Of a stretch of 64,000 nt of DNA, positions 36,219 through 53,035 are shown one piece after another; positions within the stretch are counted from its first letter, which is position 1, and each line of letters starts with the position of its first letter. The DNA is taken from the NCBI GenBank assembly GCA_963836935.1, contig CAWILM010000038.1, positions 62,784-126,783 of the forward strand, given 5' to 3'. The position numbers were made by a program, and so were the translations under genes. Below the pieces are notes generated by a model. That model did not search any database, was not told the origin of the DNA, and saw only the letters and a program-made list of their open reading frames with translations. Source of the stretch: an uncultured Acidimicrobiaceae bacterium. GTDB lineage: Bacteria > Actinomycetota > Acidimicrobiia > Acidimicrobiales > Bog-793.

Positions 36219-37286
36219 ATGAGCTATCGGGCAGGTGACATTCGAGATGCGCTTGGCGATGACGCGCTGATGGGCCACGCGCCATCAGATCCGGGTGATC
36301 AGGCCGGGCAAGCCCAGCCGGAGGCGCCCGCGTCGCGCCGCGGGGCGGGGACAGGATCCCAAAGCGGGGCCGCCGTACGGGCCCGAAGGCTGACGAAGCG
36401 TTTCGGCGAGTTCACTGCCGTCGACGCGGTGGACTTCGACATCGCCGTCGGGGAGGCGTTCGGGTTTCTCGGCGCGAACGGCGCCGGCAAGACCTCGACG
36501 ATGCGGATGATCGCTTGCCTGTCGCCGATCTCTGGGGGGACGCTGCAGGTGCTCGGCCTGGACCCGATGCACGACGGCCCCCAGATACGGAGCCGGATCG
36601 GCCTCGTCCCTCAGGACGACACGCTCGATCTCGAGCTCACCGTGCGAGACAATCTCTATCTCTACGGGCGTTACTTCGGCCTGCCGAAGAAGCAGCTGCG
36701 CGAGCGGGTGGACCAGTTGCTCGAGTTCGCGCGCTTGACCGACAGGGCCGATGAGCGGGTGGACCCACTGTCGGGGGGCATGCGCCGCCGGCTCACGATC
36801 GCGAGGGCACTCGTGTCCTCGCCGAGCATCGTGATCCTGGACGAGCCGACCACGGGCCTCGATCCACAGGCGCGCCACCTGCTGTGGGACCGTCTCTACC
36901 GCCTGAAGCGCGAAGGCGTGACTCTGGTCGTCACCACCCACTACATGGACGAGGCCGAGCAACTGTGCGATCGGCTCGTGGTCATGGACGCCGGACGCAT
37001 CGCAGCCGCCGGCTCGCCCCGCGAGCTCATCGAGCGGTGGTCCACCCGCGAGGTCGTCGAGCTGCGTTTCGAGCCCGAGGGCCACGAGGTTCACGGCGAA
37101 AGGCTCGCCGACCTCGCCGAGCGCGTCGAGGTCCTGCCCGACCGGTTGTTGCTCTACACCGACGAGGGAGACGCGACGCTCGACGCGGTGCGGTCCCGCG
37201 GGGCGTCCCCGCTCGCGGCCCTCGTCAGGCGCTCGACTCTCGAGGACGTCTTCTTGCACCTAACCGGGCGGAGCCTGGTCGATTGA
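36219..37286 (+). CDS. ABC transporter ATP-binding protein (DrrA/NodI-like, ABC-2 exporter type)
   Basis: 355 aa. Walker A GANGAGKTST, signature LSGGMRRRL, Walker B IVILDEPTTGLD. Confidence 0.85.
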   Translation: MSYRAGDIRDALGDDALMGHAPSDPGDQAGQAQPEAPASRRGAGTGSQSGAAVRARRLTKRFGEFTAVDAVDFDIAVGEAFGFLGANGAGKTSTMRMIACLSPISGGTLQVLGLDPMHDGPQIRSRIGLVPQDDTLDLELTVRDNLYLYGRYFGLPKKQLRERVDQLLEFARLTDRADERVDPLSGGMRRRLTIARALVSSPSIVILDEPTTGLDPQARHLLWDRLYRLKREGVTLVVTTHYMDEAEQLCDRLVVMDAGRIAAAGSPRELIERWSTREVVELRFEPEGHEVHGERLADLAERVEVLPDRLLLYTDEGDATLDAVRSRGASPLAALVRRSTLEDVFLHLTGRSLVD

Positions 37287-38137
37287 CCCTCACGCCCCCG
37301 TCGAAAGCGGCCGTCACGACCGGGCCGCAGCGCGGCCCCGGCCCTTCGCGCCGCAAGCGCCTGCCGCCGCCGGTGTGGCGCGCGTACCAGTACAACCTGC
37401 TCGCCTACAAGCGAACCTGGAGGGGATCGCTCACCACGACCTTCTTGTACCCGGTGCTCTACCTCGCCGCGATGGGCGTCGGCCTCGGCCACTTGATCGC
37501 GCACGGAGCGTCCGATCGGGCGGTCGGCGGTGTGCCCTACCTGTGGTTCCTGGCGCCCGGGCTGCTCGTGGGGACGGCAATGCAGATCGCGGCGAACGAG
37601 GCGACCTACCCGGTGATGGCGGGGATCAAGTGGCTGAAGACCTATTGGGCGATGTTGGCCACGCCGCTCGAGGTGACCGATGTCCTCTACGGCCACCTGG
37701 TGTGGATCGTGACACGGGTGGCGCTTGCCTCGAGCGTCTTCCTCGCCGTGATGGCGCTGTTCCACACCGTGCCCTCCGCGTGGGCGGTGGCGGCGTTCCC
37801 GGCCGCCGTCCTGACCGGGGCCGCCTTCGCCGCTCCGATGATGGCTTTCAGCGCCACGCGGGAGACCGACCAGTCGTTCGTCGTGCTCTACCGCTTCGCC
37901 ATCGTCCCGCTCTTCCTGTTCTCCGGGACGTTCTTCCCCGTCACGCAGTTGCCGGGCTGGCTGCAGGTCGTCGCTCGTTGCACGCCGCTCTACCAGGGCG
38001 TGAGCCTGTGTCGTGGTCTCGTGCTCGGGCGCGTTCCGGGTTGGGACGCCTTCGGGCATGCCGCCTACCTGCTCGTGCTACTGGCGGGCGGCGTGGTGGC
38101 GGCGAGGATCACCTACCGCCGACGGCTGGTGCAATGA
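37283..38137 (+). CDS. ABC-2 type transporter permease
   Basis: Inside ORF 36884..38137. Candidate TTG 37283 overlaps the ATPase stop. Six TM helices. ABC-2-like FSGTFFPVTQLPGWLQVVARCTPLYQGV. Confidence 0.7.
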   Translation: MTLTPPSKAAVTTGPQRGPGPSRRKRLPPPVWRAYQYNLLAYKRTWRGSLTTTFLYPVLYLAAMGVGLGHLIAHGASDRAVGGVPYLWFLAPGLLVGTAMQIAANEATYPVMAGIKWLKTYWAMLATPLEVTDVLYGHLVWIVTRVALASSVFLAVMALFHTVPSAWAVAAFPAAVLTGAAFAAPMMAFSATRETDQSFVVLYRFAIVPLFLFSGTFFPVTQLPGWLQVVARCTPLYQGVSLCRGLVLGRVPGWDAFGHAAYLLVLLAGGVVAARITYRRRLVQ

Positions 38138-38147
38138 GGCGGTCCTC

Positions 38148-38972
38148 GTGAGCAGCTTGGGCGCGCCGGCGTTCTCGCCGCCGCTGCGGGTCCTCCCGCG
38201 GTTCGCACTCGGACGCGGACGGGCGCGCCTGCTGGTCGAGCGCAATGTCGTCGCCTACCGGCGCGGCTGGATATTCCTCGTGTCCGGCTTCTTCGAGCCG
38301 CTGTTCTACCTGCTCTCGATAGGTCTCGGGCTGAACCACCTCGTGGGCCACCTGGCCCTCGGCGGCCGGTCGATCCCGTACACGGACTACGTCGCGCCGG
38401 GCCTGTTGGCCTCCTCGGCGATGAACGGCGCCATATTCGACGCCACCTTTGGGATCTTCTTCAAGCTCAAGATCGCCAAGACCTACGACGCCGTGCTCGC
38501 GACGCCGCTCGACGTTCGCGACGTCGCGGTCGGGGAGCTCGGCTGGTCTCTTATCCGCGGCAGTGTCTACTCGGTCGCGTTCCTCATCGTGATGGCTGCG
38601 CTCGGGCTGATCGCGTCCTTCTGGGCGCTGGCCTGCTTGCCGGCCGCCCTGCTGGTGAGCTTCGCGTTCGGAGCAGTCGGGATGCTCGGCACGTGCTACA
38701 TGCGAAGCTGGCAGGACTTCGATCTCGTGTCGCTCGCGATCGTCCCGCTGTTTCTGTTCTCCGGCGTGTTCTACCCGCTGTCGTTGTACCCGGATTGGCT
38801 GCGCCTCGTCGTCACGGTGACGCCCCTGTACCAGGGGGTCGCGCTGCTGCGCGGCCTCGACACGGGGGTGCTCGGCCCAGCGTTGCTCGTGCACGCCTGC
38901 TACCTCGGGTGTCTCGGCGTGATCGGTCTTGTGGGAGCGTCCCGCCGACTCGGGCGTCTGCTGCTCCCCTGA
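38148..38972 (+). CDS. ABC-2 type transporter permease (second, paralogous)
   Basis: Inside ORF 38013..38972. GTG 38148. Paralogous C-terminal motif FSGVFYPLSLYPDWLRLVVTVTPLYQGV. Confidence 0.7.
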   Translation: MSSLGAPAFSPPLRVLPRFALGRGRARLLVERNVVAYRRGWIFLVSGFFEPLFYLLSIGLGLNHLVGHLALGGRSIPYTDYVAPGLLASSAMNGAIFDATFGIFFKLKIAKTYDAVLATPLDVRDVAVGELGWSLIRGSVYSVAFLIVMAALGLIASFWALACLPAALLVSFAFGAVGMLGTCYMRSWQDFDLVSLAIVPLFLFSGVFYPLSLYPDWLRLVVTVTPLYQGVALLRGLDTGVLGPALLVHACYLGCLGVIGLVGASRRLGRLLLP

Positions 38973-39097
38973 GAGGCGGCGGTCCGGACAGTCGGGGCAG
39001 GCGCCCGCCCTGACGGGCAAAGTCTACTAGTGTCATCGAACTAGATCTGAGGCCAGGGGGGCCGAGGACGTCTCGGAGCCAAGGGCTCGAGAAGACA

Positions 39098-39628
39098 ATG
39101 GCGCTTCAGCGCGGTGATGTCGCGCCCGACTTCTCGGCCGAGACGAAAGAGGCACGATCAGCTTCCACGAGTGGCGGGAAGGTCATCGGCCTTGCCGTCG
39201 ACTCGGTCGAGTCGCCCGCGCGGTGGGAGGGCGACATCGCCGATGCCACCGGTCACGCGCGCAACTCCGCGCTCATCGCTGACCCCGACCGGAAGGTTTG
39301 CGAGCTGTACGGGATGATCCACCACGCGAGCGCCACCTCGAGGGTTCGCTCCGGGTTGTGATCGGCCCGGACAAGATGGTGAAGCTCACGATCACGTCCG
39401 CCGCGAGCACCGGGCGCAACTTCGAGGAGATCCTGCGCGTGCTCGACTCGTTGCACCTCGCCTCCGGCTTCTCGGTCGCCACCCCGGTCAACTGGCCTGA
39501 GGGCGAGGACGCCATCATCGTGACGGCGATCAGCGACGCGGACGCGAAGGCCAAGTTCCCCGAGGGATTTCGGGCGGATTCCGGCGGTCAAGCCCTACCT
39601 GCGCTACACGCCGCAGCCCAACCGCTGA
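39098..39628 (+). pseudogene. 1-Cys peroxiredoxin (Prx6-like, AhpC/TSA family) relic: catalytic core deleted and several frame breaks
   Basis: Recognisable pieces: MALQRGDVAPDFSAETKE, out-of-frame GTISFHEW, KVIGLAVDSVES..WEGDI, IADPDRKVCELYGMIH, then in another frame VVIGPDKMVKLTITSAASTGRNFEEILRVLDSLHL...ATPVNWPEGEDAIIV, then in a third frame KPYLRYTPQPNR* (TGA 39626-39628). The block between FHEW and KVIGL that should hold the peroxidatic Cys (FTPVCTTE-type) is absent. Confidence 0.8.
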
Positions 39629-39711
39629 GAAGGGCCCGGCCCGCCCGGGTCCGCCTGGCCGGCGGGTCTGGGCTCGCCCTGGCGGGCCGCCGGGCCGATA
39701 CGCTCTGCTAG

Positions 39712-41149
39712 ATGGCCGCGCTCACGGGCAGCTTGCTTCGCTGGCGTGACCGTCTTGTCGCACTCCCGCTCCTCGACCAGGATGCCCTCCTCTATCTGCT
39801 GGCGACGATCTTCGCGGCGGGCACGATCGCCCTGGCCGTCAGCGACGACTACCGCCAGTGGGCGGAGATGGCCCTCGGCCCCTATCTCATCGCGACGGTC
39901 GCCAGCTGGTGGGTGAGCCGCCGCCGTCGACGCCGGCCCAGGGGGGAGACGAGCCGGGCGGGCGACCGATTGCGCCGTTATCTCGTGCTCGGGCTTCTCG
40001 TCACGGTCGTGCTCGTGCCGCTCGGCGTCGAGGTGGTCCTGCGGGCGCAGTCGAAGCCGGGGGCGCACGTCCAGAACGAGGTGACCGTCATCGAGGCGTG
40101 CGCCGATCGAGTCGCGCACCACAAGAACTGCTACCTGTCCAACCCGAAGACGATCGGCACGTCGGTGACGAGCCAGTCGCTGGACTCGTTCTTCCCCTAC
40201 TTGCCGGGCATGATCCCCTTCGGCTTGGTCAACGTGATCTCCGCGCCGGCCGAGCTCGAAGGACGCCCGCATCCCGCTCACCGGCTTCTCCCTCCTCGTG
40301 ATCGCCGGGGCGCTTTTCGTCGCGGACACGACCTCACGGCGGCGCTGGCGCATTCTCCAAGTAGTCGTCATCCTGCCGAGCGGGGCCCTGCCGATGGTGA
40401 CCGGGGGCGACGACCTTCCGGTGCTCGCGCTGATGCTGCTCGGGCTTGCTCTTGCGACCCGGCGAAGACCCGTCTGGTCCGGGCTGGCGATGGGTCTTGC
40501 CGGCACTCTCAAGTTCACCGCGTGGCCCTTGCTCATCCTGCTCGTTCTGGGCGTGTGGGACCGAGAGGGCCGCCGGGCTGTCTGGCGGTACGCGCTGGCG
40601 GCCGCGGCGGTCGTGGTCCCGGTCCTCGGCGTCGGCGTCGGCCTGGCGCCGCACGCGTTCATCCTGAACGCGATCCGGTTCCCGCTCGGACTCACGAAGG
40701 TGAAATCGCCGGCGGCGAGCCCCCTCCTCGGCCAGGAGCTGGTGACGCTCTTCCCGGCGGCCAAGCCGGAGCTGATTACGATGCTGACGCTCTTTGGCCT
40801 CGCGGCTGTCGGCTACGGGCTCAAGAAGTGGATGCCCACGAATCCACAGAGCGCCGCCGCCTTCTGCGGTCTCGCCATGCTGCTCGCCACCGTGCTCGCG
40901 CCGGCGACGCGGTTCGGTTACCTCATCTACCCGCTCGACCTTCTGACCTGGGCTGTCCTGCTCAGCCCCGTCGCGTCACCGACCGTCGGAAACCCGGAGG
41001 TCCTCGAGGGCCCTCAAGAGCCGCCGTCGGGGACTTCGAACAGGCGCAGCCGCAGTCCCAGGACAGGTGAGGTCTGGCCGTCACCGGCAAGCGCCGGCGA
41101 GATCGAGGGACGGACCGTCGTGACCACGACGCCGACCTCCCACTCGTAG
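39712..41149 (+). pseudogene. GT87/DUF2029-like polytopic membrane protein (putative polyprenol-phosphate-sugar-dependent glycosyltransferase), frameshifted as assembled
   Basis: The N-terminal ~180 aa are in ORF 39712..41070 (to ...LVNVISAPAEL). The continuation SKDARIPLTGFSLLVIAGALFVAD... is in ORF 40298..41149. The frame switch is near 40250-40262. The family call is tentative. The C-terminal ~45 aa overlap the convergent gene. Confidence 0.5.
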
Positions 41150-41757
41150 CCGTCGGAGCCGGTCCGCCGGGCGAGCCACTCGTCCCCACCCGCGGGCAGG
41201 CGGTAGGTTCCGAGCAGGGACCAACGGGCTCGGCGCAGCTCCGTGCGGTAGAAGCGGAGGAGCTCGGTCGAGTTGGTGTCGAGCTCGAAGGAGATGCTCC
41301 GGTCGTACTGGGCCACGCCGGCGTCCTGCGCGGTCGTGGCGACGATGCGGGCGCCGTTCGGCACGACGAGCGCCCCGAGGATGTCGGAGGGCGGGGTTCC
41401 ACCGCTCGCGATGCGTCCCAGGACCTGCGCCGCGCCGACTGCCGAGAGGTTCACGCCCGGCACGGGTGTCGCGAGGCCTGTGACGACCGATGACGTGGCC
41501 TGCCCGCTGCCGATGAGCGCGATCACGAACCCGCCGAAGGACAGGACGACCGCGCAGGCGAGCACCACGAGGGCCGGTCGGAGCGACGGCCGCTCGGTGT
41601 GGGCTCGGGGTGGTTCGAGTCTGTCCGCGAGGTCGACGCCGAGATCCCCGGTCGCGGTCACGGAGCTGTCTTTCCTGCTGGTGTCATCTCGGGCTTTGCG
41701 TTCGTCACGGTCCTCAGCTGCGAGTTTAGTTGCCAGGCGGGACCGAGCGACCGCCAA
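41014..41757 (-). CDS. hypothetical membrane-anchored protein
   Basis: 247-aa ORF. Charged N-terminus, one TM helix (ALVVLACAVVLSFGGFVIALIG), then a ~150-aa soluble domain with ordinary composition. Confidence 0.5.
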   Translation of the reverse strand: MAVARSRLATKLAAEDRDERKARDDTSRKDSSVTATGDLGVDLADRLEPPRAHTERPSLRPALVVLACAVVLSFGGFVIALIGSGQATSSVVTGLATPVPGVNLSAVGAAQVLGRIASGGTPPSDILGALVVPNGARIVATTAQDAGVAQYDRSISFELDTNSTELLRFYRTELRRARWSLLGTYRLPAGGDEWLARRTGSDGYEWEVGVVVTTVRPSISPALAGDGQTSPVLGLRLRLFEVPDGGS

Positions 41758-41807
41758 CTTGGCGCGAACAGGCTGGTCCAGTCCCTTTCACCGGGTAGAT
41801 TTATCTC

Positions 41808-44132
<2,325 letters not shown>

Positions 44133-44136
<4 letters not shown>

Positions 44137-45435
44137 CGCGCTTCCAGTCCCCCAAGGGAACCCAGGACATTCTCGGCCCGGAGAGCGCGCGCTGGTGTGA
44201 GCTCGTGGGGCGCTTTGCCGGCCTGGCGCAACGCTTCGGTTTCGGCCTTGTCGTCAGTCCCGGCTTCGAGGACGCGGAGGTGTTCCGCCGTAGTTCGGGC
44301 GACTCGTCCGACGTGGTCACAAAGGAGATGTACGAGTTCAAGGACCGGGGCGGCCGTGACATCGCGCTCCGCCCGGAAGGCACGGCCTCGGTGGTGCGTG
44401 CCTTCGTGCAGCACTCGCCCGTGCCCCCGTTCAAGGCCTGGTACGCGGCGCCCATGTTCCGTTACGAACGCCCTCAGGCCGGGCGCTTCCGCCAGCACCA
44501 CCAGCTCGGCGTCGAGATTCTCGGCACCGACGACCCGATGGCGGACGTGGAGGTGATCTCGCTTCTGGCCGCGCTTGTACGCGGACCTCGGCTTGTCGTC
44601 GCTGCGACTTCGCGTCAACTCCCTCGGGGACAAGACGTGTGCTCCGGGCTATCGCGAGCAGCTGGCCGACTACCTGGGCGCGCACGCCGCGGAGCTGTGC
44701 GACGAGCATCGCTACAAGTGGGCCGCAGAACCCGCTGCGGATCCTCGACTGCAAGCGTCCCGAGTGCCGCAGGCTCTCCGCGGGCGCACCGAGGCTGCGC
44801 GACGCTCTTGTGCGAGGACTGCCGCCGTCACTTTGCCGATGTCCTCGGCGGCCTGGATCGGCTCGCCATCGACTACGAGCAGGACGACTTCCTCGTGCGG
44901 GGCCTCGACTACTACACCCGCACCACCTTCGAGTACGGCTCGGACGTCCGTCGAGGGCGTCGGCGGCGGCGGCCGCTACGACGGGCTGGTCGCCGCGCTC
45001 GGCGGCCCGCAAGTGTCCGGCGTCGGTTTCGGCGCCGGTATCGAGCGGATCCTGCTCGCCTGCGATGCCGAAGGGCGTCTCGGCGCCGGCGACCTGCGAC
45101 TCAGCCGGGCACTCGACGCCTTCGTCGTCGACACGACCGACGACGGGCATCGCCCTCGAGCTCGCCAGGAGCTGCGCGGCGGCGGGTCTCGCCGTCGACC
45201 GTGCCTTCGACGGGCGCTCGATGAAGGCACAGCTCAGGGCCGCGGACCGCTCGGGGGCGAGGGTGGCATGCATCGTGGGTGCAGACGATCTGGCACGTCG
45301 GGTCTTGTCACCATCCGGGTGCTGCGCGGCCTGGACGCGCATTCGCAAGAGAAGGTCGCCCGTGACGAGCTGGCGGCCCGTCTCGGCCAGAGATCACGAG
45401 GTCTCCATGAGCTTGACAGCCGACGCGTCGCCTGA
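44133..45435 (+). pseudogene. hisS: histidine--tRNA ligase, at least 6 frame switches as assembled
   Basis: GTG 44133 overlaps the relA stop (GTGA). HisRS pieces alternate among all three frames: MTRFQSPKGTQDIL...MFRYERPQAGRFRQHHQLGVE | [13 protein letters not shown] | NPLRILDCK | [23 protein letters not shown] | [18 protein letters not shown] | [25 protein letters not shown] | VTIRVL. Confidence 0.85.
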
Positions 45436-47229
45436 CTCCCGCCGGGCTCCGCACCGCCTACTGCGGCGCCTTGCGGTCCGCAGATGCCGGCCGGACGGTC
45501 AGCGTCTGCGGTTGGCTGGCGCAGCCGGCGCGAGCACGGCGAACATCTCGCCTTCGTCGACCTGCGCGACCACACCGGGATCATCCAGTGCGTGGTCGAC
45601 GGGGCCCACGACCTGCGAGCAGAGCAGGTTCTCCGCGTGACGGGCACGGTGCGGCTACGCCCGGAGGGTACCGAGAACCCGGGGCTGCCGACCGGGGAGG
45701 TCGAGCTTGGCGACTGCGAGGTCGAGGTCCTCTCGAGGGCCGAGCCGCCGCCGTTCTCGCTCGACGCCCGATCTGAGACCGACGAAGCGGTCCGCCTGCG
45801 CTATCGCTACCTCGATCTGCGCACCGACCGGATGCAGCACAACCTGAGGCTGCGCGCGCAGGTGAACAGCGCGCTGCGAAGGGCCATGGAGCGGCAGGGA
45901 TTCGTGGAGGTCGAGACGCCGATGCTCTGGACGCCGACCCCGGAGGGGGCACGTGAGTTCGCCATCCCCTCCCGCCTGCAGCGCGGCTCGTTCTACGTGC
46001 TGCCGCAGAGCCCTCAGATCGCCAAGCAGCTGCTCATGGTGGGCGGGATCGACCGCTACTACCAGATCGCGCGCTGCCTGCGAGACGAGGACCTGCGGGC
46101 GGACCGCCAGTTCGAGTTCACCCAGCTCGACATCGAGGCTTCCTTCGTGAGTCAGGCCGAGGTTCTCGGCTTCGTGAGCGAGGCCGTGATCGAGGCGACG
46201 TTCGCCGTCACCGGTGAGCGGCCACCCGAGATCGCCACGCATGACCTGGAACGACGCCCTCGACCGCTTCGGGACCGACAAGCCGGACCTGCGCTTCGGG
46301 ATGGAGCTCGTCGATCTCCGCGAGCCGTCGCGGGCACGGAGTTCAAGGCCTTCCAGGCTGCCTGCGTCCGGGCGATCCGGGTCGAGGGTGCGGGCGACTG
46401 GACGCGGAGCCGTCTCGACGCGCTCGTCGCCCGGGCCGTCGAGCTCGGGGCGGCGGGCCTCGTATGGATGCGGGTGCGCGCCGACGGCGTGCTCGAGTCG
46501 CCGGTGGCGAAGTTCGTGTCCGACGGCCAGCAAGGCGCAAGATCGTGGCCGCGACCTGCGGCCGAGGCGGGCGACCTCGTGCTCATCGTCGCCGGTGCGC
46601 GGGAACCCACCTGCAAGGTGCTGGGCCAGCTGCGCCTCGATCTCGGCCAGCCGGCGATCAGCGACGCGTCCCTTCCGCTTCGTCTGGATCACCGAGTTCC
46701 CGCTCTTCGAGGGCATCGACGACGAGGGGCATCTCATCGCCGCCCACCACCCTTTCACGATGCCGCACGCCGACGACATCGACCTGCTCGAGTCCGACCC
46801 CCTGGCCGTGCGCTCCCAGAGCTACGACCTCGTCCTCAACGGCTGGGAGCTCGGATCGGGGAGCATCCGTATCCACCGGGCGGACATCCAGCGGCGGGTC
46901 TTCAAGGCACTCGGGATCTCGGACGAGGACGCCGAGTCCCGATTCGGCTTCCTGCTCGGAGCGTTCCGCTACGGTGCCCCGCCCCATGGTGGCTTCGCCG
47001 TCGGCCTGGACAGGTTCGTGGCGCTGCTCGCCGGCGAGGACAACATCCGCGAGGTGATCGCCTACCCGAAGACCCAGTCCGGCGCCGACTTGATGTCGGG
47101 CGCGCCGAAACCCCTGACGGCGAAGGTTCTGGCCGAGCTCGGCATCCGGGTCGTGTCGCCGGCGGCGGGGTTCCGGGCGGCGGGCGGGGCGGCCGCGCGG
47201 TGGGCCGGGTGCACCGCCACGAGCGGAGC

Positions 47230-47233
<4 letters not shown>
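45407..47233 (+). pseudogene. aspS: aspartate--tRNA ligase, at least 5 frame switches as assembled
   Basis: AspRS pieces: RTAYCGALRSADAGRTVSVCGWLAQ | RREHGEHLAFVDLRDHTGIIQ...FYVLPQSPQIAKQLLMVGG..YYQIARCLRDEDLRADRQFEFTQLDIE | MTWNDALDRFGTDKPDLRF | GAD-insertion domain | FRFVWITEFPLFE...GWELGSGSIRIH...PPHGGFAVGLDR. They are spread over three frames. The start ATG 45407 is tentative. Confidence 0.85.
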
Positions 47234-51327
<4,094 letters not shown>

Positions 51328-51359
51328 CCGGCGGGGCGGCGGACGGGGAGCCTCGCACG

Positions 51360-51872
51360 ATGGCGGAGGCGGCCAGAACCCGAGTCGTCGGCATAGACCT
51401 CGGCCAGCGGCGCATCGGCGTGGCGGTGAGCGATTCGCAACGCGTGCTGGCGACCCCGCACGCTGTCATCGCGCGAAGCGGCGACTTGGACGCTGACCAC
51501 CGTGCGATCGCGGCTGTCGTAGGGGAATTCGGCGCCGGTCTTGTCGTCGTGGGGCTCCCGCTCAGCCTGGCGGGTGATCGGGGCCCCGCCGCCGCGGCGG
51601 CCGCCGCGGAAGCCGCGGCGCTCGGAACCCAGCTCGGTGTCCCTGTTGTCTTGCACGATGAACGCCTGACGACGGTCGAAGCCGAGCGCAGGCGCCGTTT
51701 GCCGGCAGAACCGGGGCGGGTCCGGGCCGGGGAGCGGGCGCGCGCGCCGGCCCGTCCGCTTCGCCAGAAGCGGCCGGACGCCGCCTCTCGGGCACGTCGG
51801 GCAGGCATCGACGCCGTGGCCGCGACCGTGCTCCTGCAGTCGTGGCTCGAGGAGAATCGGGGCAAGCGATGA
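51360..51872 (+). CDS. ruvX: Holliday junction resolvase-like protein RuvX (YqgF)
   Basis: In ORF 51324..51872. ATG 51360. VVGIDLGQRRIGVAVSD, VVGLPLSL, DERLTT and AAATVLLQSWLE are typical YqgF motifs. Confidence 0.8.
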   Translation: MAEAARTRVVGIDLGQRRIGVAVSDSQRVLATPHAVIARSGDLDADHRAIAAVVGEFGAGLVVVGLPLSLAGDRGPAAAAAAAEAAALGTQLGVPVVLHDERLTTVEAERRRRLPAEPGRVRAGERARAPARPLRQKRPDAASRARRAGIDAVAATVLLQSWLEENRGKR

Positions 51873-52894
51873 GTCAGTTCGATGAGAAAGCAGTCGGTGC
51901 CCGCCCCACGGCCGCCTGGCCGCGCGTGACGACGGCCGTCGCGGGCGTGATCGGCTTTCCGGTCCGCCATTCGCTCTCGCCGTTGTTGCACAACACGGCC
52001 TTTGCCGCCCTGGGCCTCGACTGGAGCTACCTGGCTTTCGAAGTGCCGCCCGGCTCGCTCGACCGGGCGGTGGCCGGGGCGGCGGCCCTCGGCCTGCGGG
52101 GCCTGTCGGTCACGATGCCGCACAAGGATGCCGCCGCCCGACTTGCCACCCGCCGTTCCCGTCAGGTGCGGGCGCTCGGCGCCGCGAACACCCTCAGGTT
52201 CGACGAAGGCGCGATCGTGGCGGAGACCTATGACGGGGACGGCCTGTTGGACGATCTTCGCGACGGGGGCTTCGACCCGGCGGGCCGGCGCTGTGGGGTC
52301 ATCGGCGCGGGCGGGGCGGGGCGGGCGGCGGTGCTGGCCCTGGCGGAAGCGGGTGCGTACGAGGTCGTTGTGGTGAACCGCACCGTGACGGCCGCGTGGC
52401 GGGCGGCAGCGTTGGCCCCCACGGTCGTGCGGGTCGGGCGTCCGGACGACCTGCGGCGGACCGACCTCGTCATCCAGGCGACGCCCGCGGCCATGGCGGG
52501 TGGTGGTCCTCCCCGGGAAACGGCGCCCGTCGCCGAGGCCGGCCAGGCCAAGCCTGTCCACGTCGAAGGAAAGGACGAGGAGGGCCGGGACGCCGCGGTC
52601 TCGCCCATCGTCGCCGGCGTCGACCCTGCCTGGTTCGGCGCGGGCCAACTCGTTGTGGACCTCGTTTACGACCCTGCGCTGTCGCCCTTCCTGGCGGGGG
52701 CGCGGCGTGCGGGTGCCACGGTGCGCAACGGCCTCGGCCTGCTCGTCTATCAGGCCGCGCGTCAGATAACGTTGTGGACCGGGGCGGAGCCGCCCCTCGG
52801 CGCCATGTGGGCGGCCGTTGCCGGAGAGGTCCCGCCGGCGAGCCCGGAGGAAGCGGCGGGCCCCAGGATGGGCAAAGGCGCCCGCCAGGCTTGA
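51869..52894 (+). CDS. aroE: shikimate dehydrogenase
   Basis: ATG 51869 overlaps the ruvX stop (ATGA). GVIGFPVRHSLSPLLHN, GLSVTMPHK, NTL, GAGGAGRA and VVDLVYDP motifs. An extra ~30-aa acidic/Pro-rich insertion lies before the VVDLVY block. Confidence 0.8.
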   Translation: MSQFDEKAVGARPTAAWPRVTTAVAGVIGFPVRHSLSPLLHNTAFAALGLDWSYLAFEVPPGSLDRAVAGAAALGLRGLSVTMPHKDAAARLATRRSRQVRALGAANTLRFDEGAIVAETYDGDGLLDDLRDGGFDPAGRRCGVIGAGGAGRAAVLALAEAGAYEVVVVNRTVTAAWRAAALAPTVVRVGRPDDLRRTDLVIQATPAAMAGGGPPRETAPVAEAGQAKPVHVEGKDEEGRDAAVSPIVAGVDPAWFGAGQLVVDLVYDPALSPFLAGARRAGATVRNGLGLLVYQAARQITLWTGAEPPLGAMWAAVAGEVPPASPEEAAGPRMGKGARQA

Positions 52895-53035
52895 CCCAAG
52901 GACCCGGACGAGCCGTGCCTCTCCTGCCCAGAGGGCCGCTGCGCCCGGTGCGGCGGAGCGACCGACGACCTGTCGGCCGGCGGGCCTGCGTCGCCGCAGT
53001 GAGTTGAGGGGCTGGCCCCGTTATCCTTGCCGATC

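Noticed and set aside
39023-39045. Inverted repeat CTAGT-N8-ACTAG upstream of the peroxiredoxin relic as an OxyR/PerR-type operator.
   Set aside because: Only 5 bp per arm, it does not extend, and it matches no consensus I know. It could easily be chance.
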